DNA of 64,000 nt from Octopus sinensis. Lineage: Eukaryota. The notes beneath the pieces are model-generated. The model was not told the DNA's origin. It ran no database searches and saw only the letters and a list, made by a program, of their open reading frames with translations. This document shows, piece after piece, positions 52,285 to 64,000 of this stretch (positions are counted from its first letter, which is position 1; each line of letters starts with the position of its first letter). The stretch is taken from positions 15,996,001 to 16,060,000 of the forward strand of contig NC_042997.1 of assembly GCF_006345805.1 (NCBI RefSeq). Direction: 5' to 3'. The position numbers were made by a program, and so were the translations under genes.

Positions 52285-52635
52285 CACGGCCATGCGGTGA
52301 CACTGTATTGAAGGGTTAAGTCAGACAAATCGGCCCCAGTGCTTAATTTTTTAGTCTGGTACTTATTCTACCGATCTCTTTTGCCAAAGTGCTATGTTAC
52401 GGGGACATATACAAACCAATATCGGTTGTCAAACGGTGGAGAGACAATGAAAAGACACACATATATACATATGCAACGGGCTTCTACACAGTTTCCGTTA
52501 GCCGAATTCATTCACAAGGCATTGGATGGCCAAGGCTGCGGAAGAAGTCAGCTGCCTAAGTTGCCGTACAGTGGGACTGAACTCAAAACTACGTGATCAC
52601 AAAGCAAGTTCCGCTACCACAGCCATGCCTACGCA
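52285..52635 (-). mobile_element. Old SINE family A
   Basis: Degenerate family motifs. Confidence 0.7.
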
Positions 52636-53584
52636 TAGAAAATTTTCTATATATTAGTTGCATGTATATAAACAAACAGTGGACTCCGATTCGCTCTAAT
52701 TCGCCATAATACTCATGTTTCAGGGCCTATATTTTCTATGGGTAAGCCCTACATTATTATATTAACTAGCGATGTGAGCCATGGGAATTCTACATTTGTA
52801 AATTCTCTTAAATTTATTTTGATACATAATGAAATAATGATAGCTTCCATAACATTATTTTATTATGTTTAATATTCTTAGGTTAGTTGAGTTAGAGGTT
52901 AAAATAACCATCTAAGGGATAGAAGTACCCATTATACTACCAGTATATTGCCTATATTTAACCATGGGCATACATATGCAAAAATATTATGCTCATAAAT
53001 TATAGGTAAAGACAAGGAAAAACATGGGTTTATCAAGATACAAAATTTAAAGAAAACAGAAAATGGAGAAGTACGGATAATCAACAATTGACTTACATCA
53101 ATTATTATTCATTAATTCAATGCAAATAGACTGCATCCCATCTAACAGATGTTTCTGCTTCCAATGTTGTATGGTATTGTCATTGGTATGCAAAAATATG
53201 CAAAAAATATTTATCATATTTGGTAATAAAACCGATCTGAAACAAGGAGCTTCATCAGAATGAAGAATAAATAGAGAAGAGCATAGAGAAAAAAAAGGGA
53301 AAAGTTTAATATGGTTGTAATCATACCATTTTGCTTGTGTGTCTTTTTGGGACGTTAAGTAAAATACTAAACCAAAAATAGTAATTGGTGGATTAATCTT
53401 TTGTACAGTGGGGTGGGATAGGATGGATAAATAATAAAAAATAAAAGAAACCAATAGTGGGATACGCCAATAGGTTTTAATCGGAGAAGGGGTGAAGATA
53501 CAGTAATTTTTTATATTAATCATAATAATTCATAATAGTTATATTTGTAGTACTAATTAACAGTATTAATCATAATAAAGTGCT

Positions 53585-53969
53585 CTGTAGAGGCGCAATG
53601 GCCCAGTGGTTAGGGCAGCGGACTCGCGGTCATAGGATCGCGGTTTCGATTCCCAGACCGGGCGTTGTGAGTGTTTATTGAGCGAAAACACCTAAAGCTC
53701 CACGAGGCTCCGGCAGGGGATGGTGGTGATCCCTGCTGTACTCTTTCACCACAACTTTCTCTCACTCTTACTTCCTGTTTCTGTTGTACCTGTATTTCAA
53801 AGGGCCGGCCTTGTCACTCTCTGTGTCACGCTGAATATCCCTGAGAACTACGTTAAGGGTACACGTGTCTGTGGAGTGCTCAGCCACTTACACGTTAATT
53901 TCACGAGCAGGCTGTTCCGTTGATTCGGATCAACCGGAACCCTCGTCGTCGTAACCGACGGAGTGCTTC
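53585..53969 (+). mobile_element. Full-length SINE family C (tRNA-Arg-like head, tail type 1), 14-bp TSD
   Basis: A box tggcccagtgg, anticodon-like TCG, B box gtttcgattcc; TSD cataataaagtgct at 53571 and 53970. Confidence 0.95.
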
Positions 53970-54205
53970 CATAATAAAGTGCTAATCGGTTAAATGTAAT
54001 TTTATTTGTTTACTAGTAGGTGGTTAAGCCCTTCCATCTGTTGTCCGAAGTGAGGGTCCAACGTTCGATGTAACTGGTCAGTTGAAATTTAAAAGCAAAA
54101 GACCAGCTATTGAGACCAATATATGGAGTAAGATAAATAAATAAATAAATGAATAGGAAGATGGTGAATGTTGTAAGGAGCCCTAAAACGCTTAGGATAG
54201 AAAAT

Positions 54206-54513
54206 CACCGTGATCACCGTGACCGACCAGACCATCAGATGTTGCTACACATCGCTGGTCAAAATGCGCTTCGCATTGTTTTAGCCTTCGAACGACGCCA
54301 CCCCGCTGGCTAAGCGAGCAGGCCAACAGAAGAAAGAGTGAGAGAAAGAGTGGTGAAAGGGTACAGCAGGGATCACCACCTCCTGCCGGAGCCTCGTGGA
54401 GCTTTTAGGTGTTTTCGCTCAATAAACACACACAACGCCCGGTCTGGGAATCGAAACCGCGATCCTCCGACCGCGAGTCCGCAGCCCTAACCACTGGGCC
54501 ATTGCGCCTCCAC
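54206..54513 (-). mobile_element. SINE family C head with tail type 2, 12-bp TSD
   Basis: TSD aggatag(a/g)aaat at 54194 and 54514. Confidence 0.92.
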
Positions 54514-55438
54514 AGGATAGGAAATACTAGATTTAAATGATAATATTGGCAAATAAATATTAAGAGAAGTTCCCCTCCTTTGCTGTCGTACCGTTTGCTT
54601 CTCTATTAAAGTAAAAATAAAGGCTAAAATGGTTTTCCTTGCAAGAAAGTGAAAATGTTTTCCTAGAACTGAATCTGTTAAGGAATAAATATCTTCCTTA
54701 AAAAAATGAAATTATTGTGGACTGTTTTCATAGAATAAGAAATTATTTAAAAAAAAGGAGTGTTTTGCTAGATATTGGGATTGTGTGGCATCGTAAAAAA
54801 ACTGATTCACTCTCATACATACTACCACTCGCACACACATGCACAAATAGGCACAGATGCACATTCATGCACACACACACACACCCACACATATTTACAC
54901 ACACACACACAAGTACACATATACACACATACACATTGTTTTCACAATCTTGTCTGTTACTCATCATGATTGGAGAATGGCCTGAAAATCAAAGTGCTGC
55001 TGGAAGTTTATCTAGGGCGCCAGAAGAAATATCACACAAGATGTAAAATCACAAGTGAAGTGACTGGAAGCTGGCGACCATCAGGTATATGTGGATAAGT
55101 CTTGAATTTTTGGCTACATCAACGATTGGAACCATCATGAAAACGCAAACAAAATAATAGCTTCTGCTATAATGACTAGGAATATACGGAGAATGTTTGT
55201 GGACGGATGAGTGAATTTGATGTTGCTCAAAGGGATACGGAACCAGTATGATGCGGCGGGAGTAAACCAGCAAAAGCTGTCGGGCTCCTACTGATATTGG
55301 GGGTTGCATTCTATGCCTTGACCCAAGCAGAGAACAGGGATGGTCTCTTTGAGCTGGGATATGAATGGAATGTCTGGTGTGTGATTTGTTGTGGTTACCT
55401 GCTCCTAAAAAAATGGGGAATAGATCTGAGGTAAAGAC

Positions 55439-55840
55439 AAGGAGTGGCTGTGTGGTAAGTAGCTTGCTAACCAACCACATGGTTCCGGGTTCAGTCCCAC
55501 TGCGTGGAATCTTGGGCAAGTGTCTTCTGCTATAGGCCCGGGCCGACCAATGCCTTGTGAGTGGATTTGGTAGACGGAAACTGAAAGAAGCCTGTCGTAT
55601 ATATGTATGTATATGTATATGTATATGTGTGTGTGTGTCTGTGTTTGTCCCACTAGCATTGCTTGACAACCGATGCTGGTGTGTTTACGTCCCCGTTACT
55701 TAGCGGTTCGGCAAAAGAGACCGATAGAATAAGTACTGGGCTTACAAAGAATAAGTCCCGGGGTCGAGTTGCTCGACTAAAGGCGGTGCTCAAGCATGGC
55801 CGCAGTCAAATGACTGAAACAAGTAAAGGAGTAAAAGAGT
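55439..55840 (+). mobile_element. Young SINE family A
   Basis: Near-identical to 45937-46340. Confidence 0.95.
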
Positions 55841-55860
55841 ATATATATATATATACTCAG

Positions 55861-55942
<82 letters not shown>

Positions 55943-56205
55943 ATGTATGTATGTATATATAAATAATGACCACAGAAAAGAAGGTAACGTGTTTGTGACA
56001 ATGTCCGTATAAGTATGCATGTTGAGGAGCAGTCCCAGGAATTTTTCGAAGGAAGGGCACAAGGTCAGAAGGGCGCACTTCTTTTCTTGATGGAAATACG
56101 TGCCCCTCAGCTCCTTCCCCTTGGGCCCGCCCCGCCATGTTTATACTGTTCCCACAAAAAAAAGAGAGAGAGAGAGAGAGAGAAGTGGTATTTCTTTTGT
56201 TTTGA

Positions 56206-56428
56206 GCTGGCAGAAACGTTAGCGCGCCGGGCGAAATGCTTAGCGGTATTTCGTCTGCCGTTACGTTGTGAGTTCAAATTCCGCCGAGGTCGACTTTGCC
56301 TTTCATCCTTTCGGGGTCGATAAATTAAGTACCAGTTACGCACTGGGATCGATGTAATCGACTTAATACCTATGTCTGTCCTTGTTTGTCCCCTCTGTGT
56401 TTAGCTCCTTGTGGGTAATAAAGAAATA
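56206..56428 (+). mobile_element. SINE family B with perfect 19-bp TSD
   Basis: ggtatttcttttgttttga at 56187 and 56429. Confidence 0.95.
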
Positions 56429-57405
56429 GGTATTTCTTTTGTTTTGACCATATAAGCTAACGGTTCTACAAATGGAATTCGATAAAATTTACTACCAGAG
56501 TGAAATAAGTACCCGAGTCCTATATAATTGACTTAGCACTAAAATCTGAAGCACCAGCATGGCCGCAACGCAATGACTGAAACAGTAGTATCTCATCTCT
56601 TCAACAACTACTACCCCCCCCCCATCACCGCCGCCTCTATGACCGACCAAATCTCGCTGTTTGACTTCTCTGATGGCGACAGACATAGTTTCCATTCATA
56701 ACATACTTCTCATTCTTCATCATTCCAGATTATTGGTTCAATCTACTATTCGTTCATTCGTGTATTCAATCATTCGCTATCCTCCCGCTTATCTTATTTC
56801 TCTTCTCTCTCTCTCTCTCTCTCTCTCTGTGTTTCCGGATGGTGGTGGTGGTGGTGGTAGTGGGGAACGTGCTTGTTTATCTCTCGGCTCTCTGGGATTT
56901 TTCTTCCTTCTCCTGTCACAAAGTCTCGCATACATACATACATACATACATACATACAGCGCCTGCAAATTACCTTTAACGCATCTGCTGCACACGCATC
57001 TCTCTCGCGCGCGCGCGCGCACCCGTGCACCACTAGTGCATTTCGTCTGTTACCTTCAGTGCGCGCGCGCGCGCAACCACCCACCGACCCACCGACCCAC
57101 AAACACACACACACACACACGCCGAGCCACACCCTCCCTCACATCCACCTCCTCCCCACACACACCCTCCGAACACACAGACACTGATTCCCCTCTCTCT
57201 CTCTCTCCCGCCGCCATCACTCATGCACACAATCACTGACGACAACGTACTTACTGACACGGAATAACAGAATAACAGAAAACCATAAAAAAAGGTAAAT
57301 GAAGCATGTGTGTGTGTGTGTGTGTGTGTGGCGGAGGGGGTGTATGCGTGTGTTGTGTACGCGCGCGTATGTGTGTGCGTGTGCATGTATATATAAATAT
57401 ATTTA

Positions 57406-57635
57406 GGCGGCGTGCTGGCAGAACCGTTAGCACGCCGGGCGAAATGCGTAGCCGTATTTCGTCTACCGTTACGTTCCGAGTTCAAATTCCGCCGAGGTCG
57501 ACTTTGTCTTTCATCCTTTCAGGGTCGATAAATTAAGTACTAGTTATGCACTAGGCTCGATATAATCGTCTTAAATTCGTTTGTCTGTTCTTGTTTGTCC
57601 CCTCTATGTTTAGCCCCTTGTGGGTAGTAAAGAAA
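57406..57635 (+). mobile_element. SINE family B
   Basis: Family motifs. Confidence 0.92.
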
Positions 57636-57670
57636 CATATATATAGATATATTTAGAAATACATTCATGC

Positions 57671-57709
<39 letters not shown>

Positions 57710-57751
57710 AATATATAAATACATTCATGTGTGTGTGTGTTTGTGTGTGTG

Positions 57752-58245
57752 AAGGTGCATGGCTCAGTGGTTAGAGCGTCGAGCTTACGATCGTGAGGTT
57801 GTGAGCTCGAATCCCTGACCGGGCTACGAGTTGTGTTCTTGAGCAAGACACTTTATTTCACGTTGCTCCAGTTCATTCAGCTGTAGAAATGAGTTGCAAC
57901 GTCACACTGGAGCCAAGCTGTTTCGGCCTTTGCCTTTCTCTTGGATAACATCGGTGACGTGGAGAGAGGAAGCTGGTATGCTTGGGCGACTGCTGGTCTT
58001 CCGTAAACAACTTTGCCGGACTTATGCCTGGGAAGGTAACTTTCTAGGTGCAATCCCATCGTCAGTCATGACAGAAGGAAGTCTCAGCATATATATATGT
58101 ATGTGTGTGTGTGTGTGTGAAGGCGCACGGCTCAGTGGTTAGAGCGTCGAGCTTACGATTGTGAGGTTGTGAGTTAGAATATATACACATATATATAGGC
58201 GCAGGAATGGCTGTGTGGTAAGTAGCTTGCTTCCCAACCACATGG
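57752..58245 (+). mobile_element. tRNA-derived SINE with tail type 3 (57752-58085), followed by two isolated SINE heads
   Basis: tggctcagtggttagagcg...cttgagcaagacactttatttcacgttgctccag; heads at 58120 and 58196. Confidence 0.8.
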
Positions 58246-58344
58246 GTCAAGGTTGAAATTCGGCTGATGTGGCGTTCCTGGATCTAGTGGTTAGCTTCTA
58301 GTAAAAGATGACACAAAACTTGAGCGGGTGCTGAATTAATATCC

Positions 58345-59831
58345 ATCAAAGCGTTGGCTCCGGTCATCTGCGAGCCCTTAACACATCTATTCAATATGTC
58401 ATTGGCGACGGGTGTTATACCTGCGGACTGGAGAACAGCGATAATCTGCCCAATTTTCAAGAAAGGGAGCCGCGAAGACTCGCTTAACTACCGACCGGTT
58501 TCCCTTACATCAATAATCAGCAAGATGTTCGAAACCATCCTTAAGAAAAGTATGATGCTCCACCTCCAAAACACAGCCTCTATCTCTGATTCCCAACACG
58601 GCTTCGTGCCGAAGAGATCATGCTTGACCAACTTACTGGTAATGGAAGAATTGGTGACGCGCATCCTCGATGATAGTGATGCTGTTGACATCGTTTTATT
58701 GGACTTTGCCAAAGCTTTTGACTCGGTAAACCACCGCCTATTACTTGTCAAGCTTCAAACATATAGTTTCCGTCTGGATATTGTACGATGGGTTGGTGCC
58801 TTCCTCTCAGATCGCTCCTTCCAAGTCCAAGTTAATGGTTCGCGGTCCGACGTCTCCAGTGCGAGCAGTGGCGTGCCTCAAGGTTCAGTTCTTGGGCCCT
58901 TATTGTTCTTAGTCTTCATAAATGACTTGCCCGACGACCTCACGCAACACATCCTTCTATTTGCCGACGATGTCAAACTGGTCGCTCCTCGCGGTGATAT
59001 AGAGGATCTTCGTCGATGCCTCCACCAAATTTGGAGATGGTCTAACGAATGGGACCTGTGTCTGAACGTGTCAAAGTGCTGTCATCTGCCTGTTGGCTCT
59101 CCTCCTGCAACTCAACTTGATTTCGAGCCGGGTCGTCTGCTGCTGGAGAGGACCAATCAGGTAAAGGACCTGGGTATCTTGGTGGATTCCTTCTTTTCGC
59201 CTTCGGCCCAGTGCGTCCATGCTACCAACAAAGCACGCGGAATTCTGTTCTTGATTCGACGGTCATTCGGAATGCTCACAGCAGCCATATTCCTACCGCT
59301 CTATGTCACGCTAGTGAGACCCATATTGGAGTACGGGATTCAAGCCTCTTCTCCTTATCTCCTCAAAGACATACAGCATCTCGAAAGAGTCCAGAAGCTG
59401 GCTACCCGCATGGAATTTGTCTTATGAAGAAAGTCTGAAGACGCTCGACCTTTATTCTCTAGAAAAACGACGACGCCGTGGAGATCTCATTCTTGCCCAC
59501 AACATCATAAGCGGAAAGTGTAACCTCTCGAAAGAGCTGTTCTTCATTCCTGCTCCAGAGCGTCGGCTGCGGGGTCATTCTGAAAAGCTCTATCTGCGAC
59601 GATTTCATCTCAATCGAAGGAGAGGGGCTTTCTCCGTCCGGGTTGCGGATCCGTGGAATAAGCTGCCAGACGAGATGGTGAAGATGCCGACGACCACTCG
59701 GTTCAAAGTCTCCCTTGACCTCAAGTGGCCTGAACCCTTTACATGAACACCACCCTGTACATAACTCCATGTCCCCCTACATAACCTTGCTTTTTGCTTT
59801 TTGAGCCAAAAAATTAACTAACTAACTAACT
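58345..59831 (+). mobile_element. 5'-truncated CR1-like LINE (RT domain, C-terminus, (AACT)n tail)
   Basis: ORFs 58354-59427 and 59417-59746: NYRPVSL, QHGF, DFAKAFDSV, GVPQGSVLGPLLF, FADDVKL, LEKRRRRGDLI, RGHSEKL. Confidence 0.93.
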
Positions 59832-59859
59832 TAATTTTTTAGAAATCTTTTAGACTTTC

Positions 59860-60690
59860 TGGGTAGAATGGCTTCATAGCTTTTATTGGCACATGTATAG
59901 CAGCTGGGCTTTATGCCTTGGATCACAGTTCTAAGGCTTACCTTACGGTACCAACTACAAGAGACAATTCTGAAATTGTTCTATGATCTTGCGGGTCATG
60001 AGTACTGTAAGTCCATGGTGACCTCACCTGGACACATATCACCAAAAGTTAAGCAAATACTAACCGCTTGCTCACTATATAATGCCACAAAAGTGATTAT
60101 GGGCTATAATGTGGATGTGAAACCTATTTCTTTACTACCCACAAGGGGCTACACACAGAGGAGACAAACAAGGACAGACAAATGGATTAAGTCGATTATA
60201 TCGACCCCAGTGCGTAACTGGTACTTATTTAATCGACCCCGAAAGGATGAAAGGCAAAGTCGACCTCGGCGGAATTTGAACTCAGAACGTAGCGGCAGTA
60301 CCGCTAAGCATTTCACCCGGCGTGCTAACGATTCTGCCAGCTCGTTAAACCGATGTCTTAGACAGTGACCATGGTCTTTCCTCCTTTCCAAATATTCTGG
60401 CTCTAGTTTATGGTCAGGTTTGTTTGAACAATTTCGGCTGGTACATTTGACGCGTCCTCTCTTTTAGAAATGATGAATGTGGTGCCATACTTCCTCTTCT
60501 CTCAAAAAAGAAGGTTTCACTTTACATGTCCGAGAGGCAGTCTTTAAATCCTTGTTGAATGGAACAAAGGAAGCTCCTGCGGCCTCGGCAAAATACAGCT
60601 ACGCCATTATCTTCCTCTCACGCAACTCTGTCAAGGACTGAAGCCTGGCGCCCATCATGTGAGCATTGTGCTATTATCTGTTAGTTCTTT
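59860..60690 (-). mobile_element. Possible highly decayed LINE ORF1 (L1/Tx1-like) relic, interrupted by SINE B
   Basis: VIQGIKPSCYTCANK, resembling a zinc-knuckle entry motif, near 59885-59925; the rest is unreadable. Confidence 0.3.
60123..60345 (-). mobile_element. SINE family B
   Basis: Family motifs. Confidence 0.92.
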
Positions 60691-61960
60691 CAGCGAAAAA
60701 CAAAAAGAAAGGCAAAAATATTTTGTATTTTGCTGAGATTTGTGTGAGTGTGTGTGATTTTGTGTGTGCGTGGAAGGGAATAAGAGATGATGAATTACTA
60801 CAGTCGATAATTACAATGCCTTGCAGTGTTCCAATTCTCTAACTTGAGATTCTCTAACTTAAGATTTCACAGGGGTTAACTTACCCTTTCATGCTATTGG
60901 CGGTTAAAGCTGAGCATTGGAGAAACTGTAGAACTGGATTGGAGGATACACGGTATCCTTGTAACGGATATGTTGAGGTATTGGTTGCAGCTCTTTGACG
61001 GCAACGGCTGCATCGGTCCTATGTCAGTGGCCTTGCCTTTGGATAATATCGGTAATGTGGAGACATGTATACATGGAGAGCTGATAGCCTTTCACAAAAG
61101 AAGCTTCCCAGGAGCGTGCATATAGATGCAGACATATGAGAAAATCTGGACGATGAAGTGTATGTGTGTGTGTGTATGTGTGTGTTTGCGTATGTAAGTA
61201 TATATGTATATATACAATCACATATCTATTTACGTATGAGTGAGTATGTATATGTGTGCATGTATGTGTGTGTATGTATGTATGTATGTAAGTATGTATG
61301 TATGCATGTATGTATGTATGTATGAATGTATGTATGTATGTATGTATGTTTGTATGTATGTATGTATGTATGTATGTATGTGTGTGTGTGTGTTTTTGAA
61401 TGTCTGTGTTTGAATGTGTGACCAGATTTTTCACGAGGACCCAAACCCGAGTAAAATTATAGTACGTTTGATACCAGGTGCACCCTAGTATCTGTCAGAG
61501 TAGTAAAACGTTAACCTGTGGCACCTTTCGCCAATAGTTTGTAGATTGTTATTGGGACACAGGAACCCTCGCCGTTGGGTCTACATGTCCTATATCTGGG
61601 AACAGACCACCTCGGAACTTTTGATAAGTTTAAGAAACCCAAAACGCCAAGTCACGAGGTTAACACGAGGCGATATTGCCCAGAGTTTGTTGAGGAAAGT
61701 CGAGCTACTGGTAGAGAAAGACATGCAATCGTCAGTCCTTCCGCAATGCTGTCAACGATGAAAAGTTAAATTAATGTTATAGCTGGAAAATTAACATACT
61801 GTATATAAATTTTTACTTTATCCAGCTATTTTATGTCGAGTTCTATGATTTGGCATGGCATTATATGTATTCTGAACATGATAATACAAATAGTCTTATA
61901 TATACATATATATGTACAGACATGCAAACAGATAGACAGATGGATAGATAGATAGATAGA

Positions 61961-62001
<41 letters not shown>

Positions 62002-62010
62002 GATAGATAT

Positions 62011-62074
<64 letters not shown>

Positions 62075-62170
62075 CGGGAAGCTTTATGAAAATAAACAAA
62101 AGACGAAGGCAGGTAGAATACAAACAAACAATTGTATTAGTATGGCGCTCAGGAATATAAATAAAACAAG

Positions 62171-62208
62171 TCTTTTACGTTTCGAGCCTACGCTCTTCAA
62201 CAGAAAGA
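62171..62208 (-). ncRNA. Minimal hammerhead-like motif (A6U family) in a (GATA)n-flanked element (62075-62290)
   Basis: Minus strand: TCTTT CTGTTGA A GAGC gtag GCTC GAA ACGT A AAAGA; perfect 5-bp stem I. Confidence 0.6.
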
Positions 62209-62294
62209 TACACAGAAAAGTAACACGGAGAGAAACAAGGAGAGAAAGAAAATGCGTGCAGAGGCTAGCGAATCAACATGGCGATAGACAGATA

Positions 62295-62398
<104 letters not shown>

Positions 62399-63139
62399 AA
62401 GAGAGGCATGTGCGCCAACACCAAGATGCTTTCTGCTTAGTTTCAGACTGGCAACTTCCACTCAAACTGAAGCTGTAGCAGAAAACACATATCCATGTTC
62501 AATACACTAGGATCGAACCCAGAACCCCGTTATTTATCGAAATTGTTAACCGCACTGCCACGTACGTTTCTCCTTATTGCATTCGCCTGTCGTGATGTGT
62601 ATTGCTTCCCTGTCTAGCTACTGGAGTAATACAATTTACTATGACAAAATAGTTACAGTGAAATCAGAAGCAAACACGTCATTCCAGTTACGAATTTGTT
62701 TCTCAGCTTGCACCAAATACATACCGCTGAATCAGCAATGATTCAGAGGGTTCTGAAACAATGTCATCACTATAACAGCACGGCATTAAATGCAAATATT
62801 ACAATCACTGTGCTAGTATCATGGTTTGATGGAAGAAATTTCCTACCGTTTTTATTTCTGCGTGGGCAGGAAGGGACGGGATTCGTTTTATGCGTTATAG
62901 CACGATTAGTGATATACACCTCTCTGCCGCACTTGCTTGCCTACTGTGCACTTTAAGCCAATATTACTGGTAGAAAAAAAATGGAAAGTAGCGTACATTT
63001 GTAATAACATGTGAAGAGACACTGCTCTACAAACACAGACACACGCACACAGATACGCGCGGACACGCAAGCACCGACAGACAGAGAAGTGTAGACACAC
63101 ACACAGATGTTATGGTTTTTACGGTGCAAGTTCGGCAGA

Positions 63140-63140
63140 G

Positions 63141-63181
<41 letters not shown>

Positions 63182-63228
63182 TATATACTCACACACATAT
63201 ATATAAATATATATATATATATATAAAT

Positions 63229-63261
<33 letters not shown>

Positions 63262-63278
63262 AATATATATATGTATGT

Positions 63279-63313
<35 letters not shown>

Positions 63314-63930
63314 ATATATATATATAATATATATATATATACATACACACACATACGCACACAAAACATGCGCGCACATACGCACACACCCAAAACTCAC
63401 AATCCACGGATACACGCATATACATCCATATACGCTTACACACACACACATACAAACGCACACATACACGCACACACAACTACACGCACATACACACACA
63501 CACACAAATGAACCCACACATACATCCCATACACACGGCACTCAATTATACATACACGCACACAATTATACATACATATATATACACACACGCACATATA
63601 CACTAAGTTAAGCACAGTTGCTCGCCACACACCCAAACTCTACGCATACACACACGAACACACACATACACACACACACACCACAAACAAAACACACACA
63701 CGATACATATACATACACGCACACACACATACCTCTTTGTTTTTGACCTGTGACTGGACACAAAAAACACCACTCCTTATTCTTACCTACTGGCCAGCTA
63801 CTAGCCAGTTGTTCGCCATACACACATACACACACACACGCACAACACACACACACACACACGTTCATCATTGCACACATACACACACGCGCGCACACGC
63901 AGACCCCCGCGCACGCACACACCCACACGC
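63140..63930. repeat. Compound (TA)n then (CA)-rich low-complexity tract
   Basis: Direct reading. Confidence 0.93.
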
Positions 63931-64000
63931 ATTCCCCCTCTCACTTCCTTATCTTTAACATACTGTCTTTGAAAACTCTCCTGTCTTTAAAAAACATTAT

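Larger units (their letters stand above)
53050..54570 (-). mobile_element. Second copy of the 33865-34590 repeat, carrying two SINE insertions; hammerhead-like motif at 53136-53265
   Basis: Colinear similarity; minus strand reads CTGATGA aGCTCC...GGAAGCA GAA ACATCTGT T. Confidence 0.8.

Noticed and set aside
53590-53665. tRNA-Arg gene (and similar heads at 23120, 24083, 54440, 57752)
   Set aside because: These are SINE heads: they run into repeat bodies, the family C copies have TSDs, and there is no clean acceptor stem.
56661-57239. 192-aa ORF and CpG-rich patch
   Set aside because: Composed of (CT)n, (GGT)n, (CG)n and (CA)n simple repeats.

Overview
Eukaryotic, AT-rich, repeat-dominated non-coding DNA. 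It is most likely from an octopus or other coleoid cephalopod; this is inferred from the tRNA-derived SINE families and the extreme (TA)n/(CA)n/(TACA)n/(GATA)n content. No host protein-coding gene can be supported, and almost all ORFs in the track are microsatellite or repeat artefacts. Contents: an 87-bp tandem array (1-3350); about 30 SINE copies from three main families, several with target-site duplications (TSDs); a near full-length RTE LINE with a PHD finger; two CR1-like pieces; a CRE-like fragment; two Dong/R4 LINEs in (TAA)n; a decayed Penelope-like element (PLE); a Tc1/mariner relic interrupted by a SINE and a non-autonomous Helitron; a long-TIR foldback element; and a 100-N gap. The main hidden signal is about a dozen minimal type I hammerhead-ribozyme motifs in short microsatellite-embedded elements. 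They include compensatory C3-G8, U3-A8 and G3-C8 core variants, a recurrent A6U family, one motif downstream of a head-to-head tRNA-like palindrome, and one at the centre of a 50-bp foldback. All motifs were found and paired by eye; none is shown to cleave.
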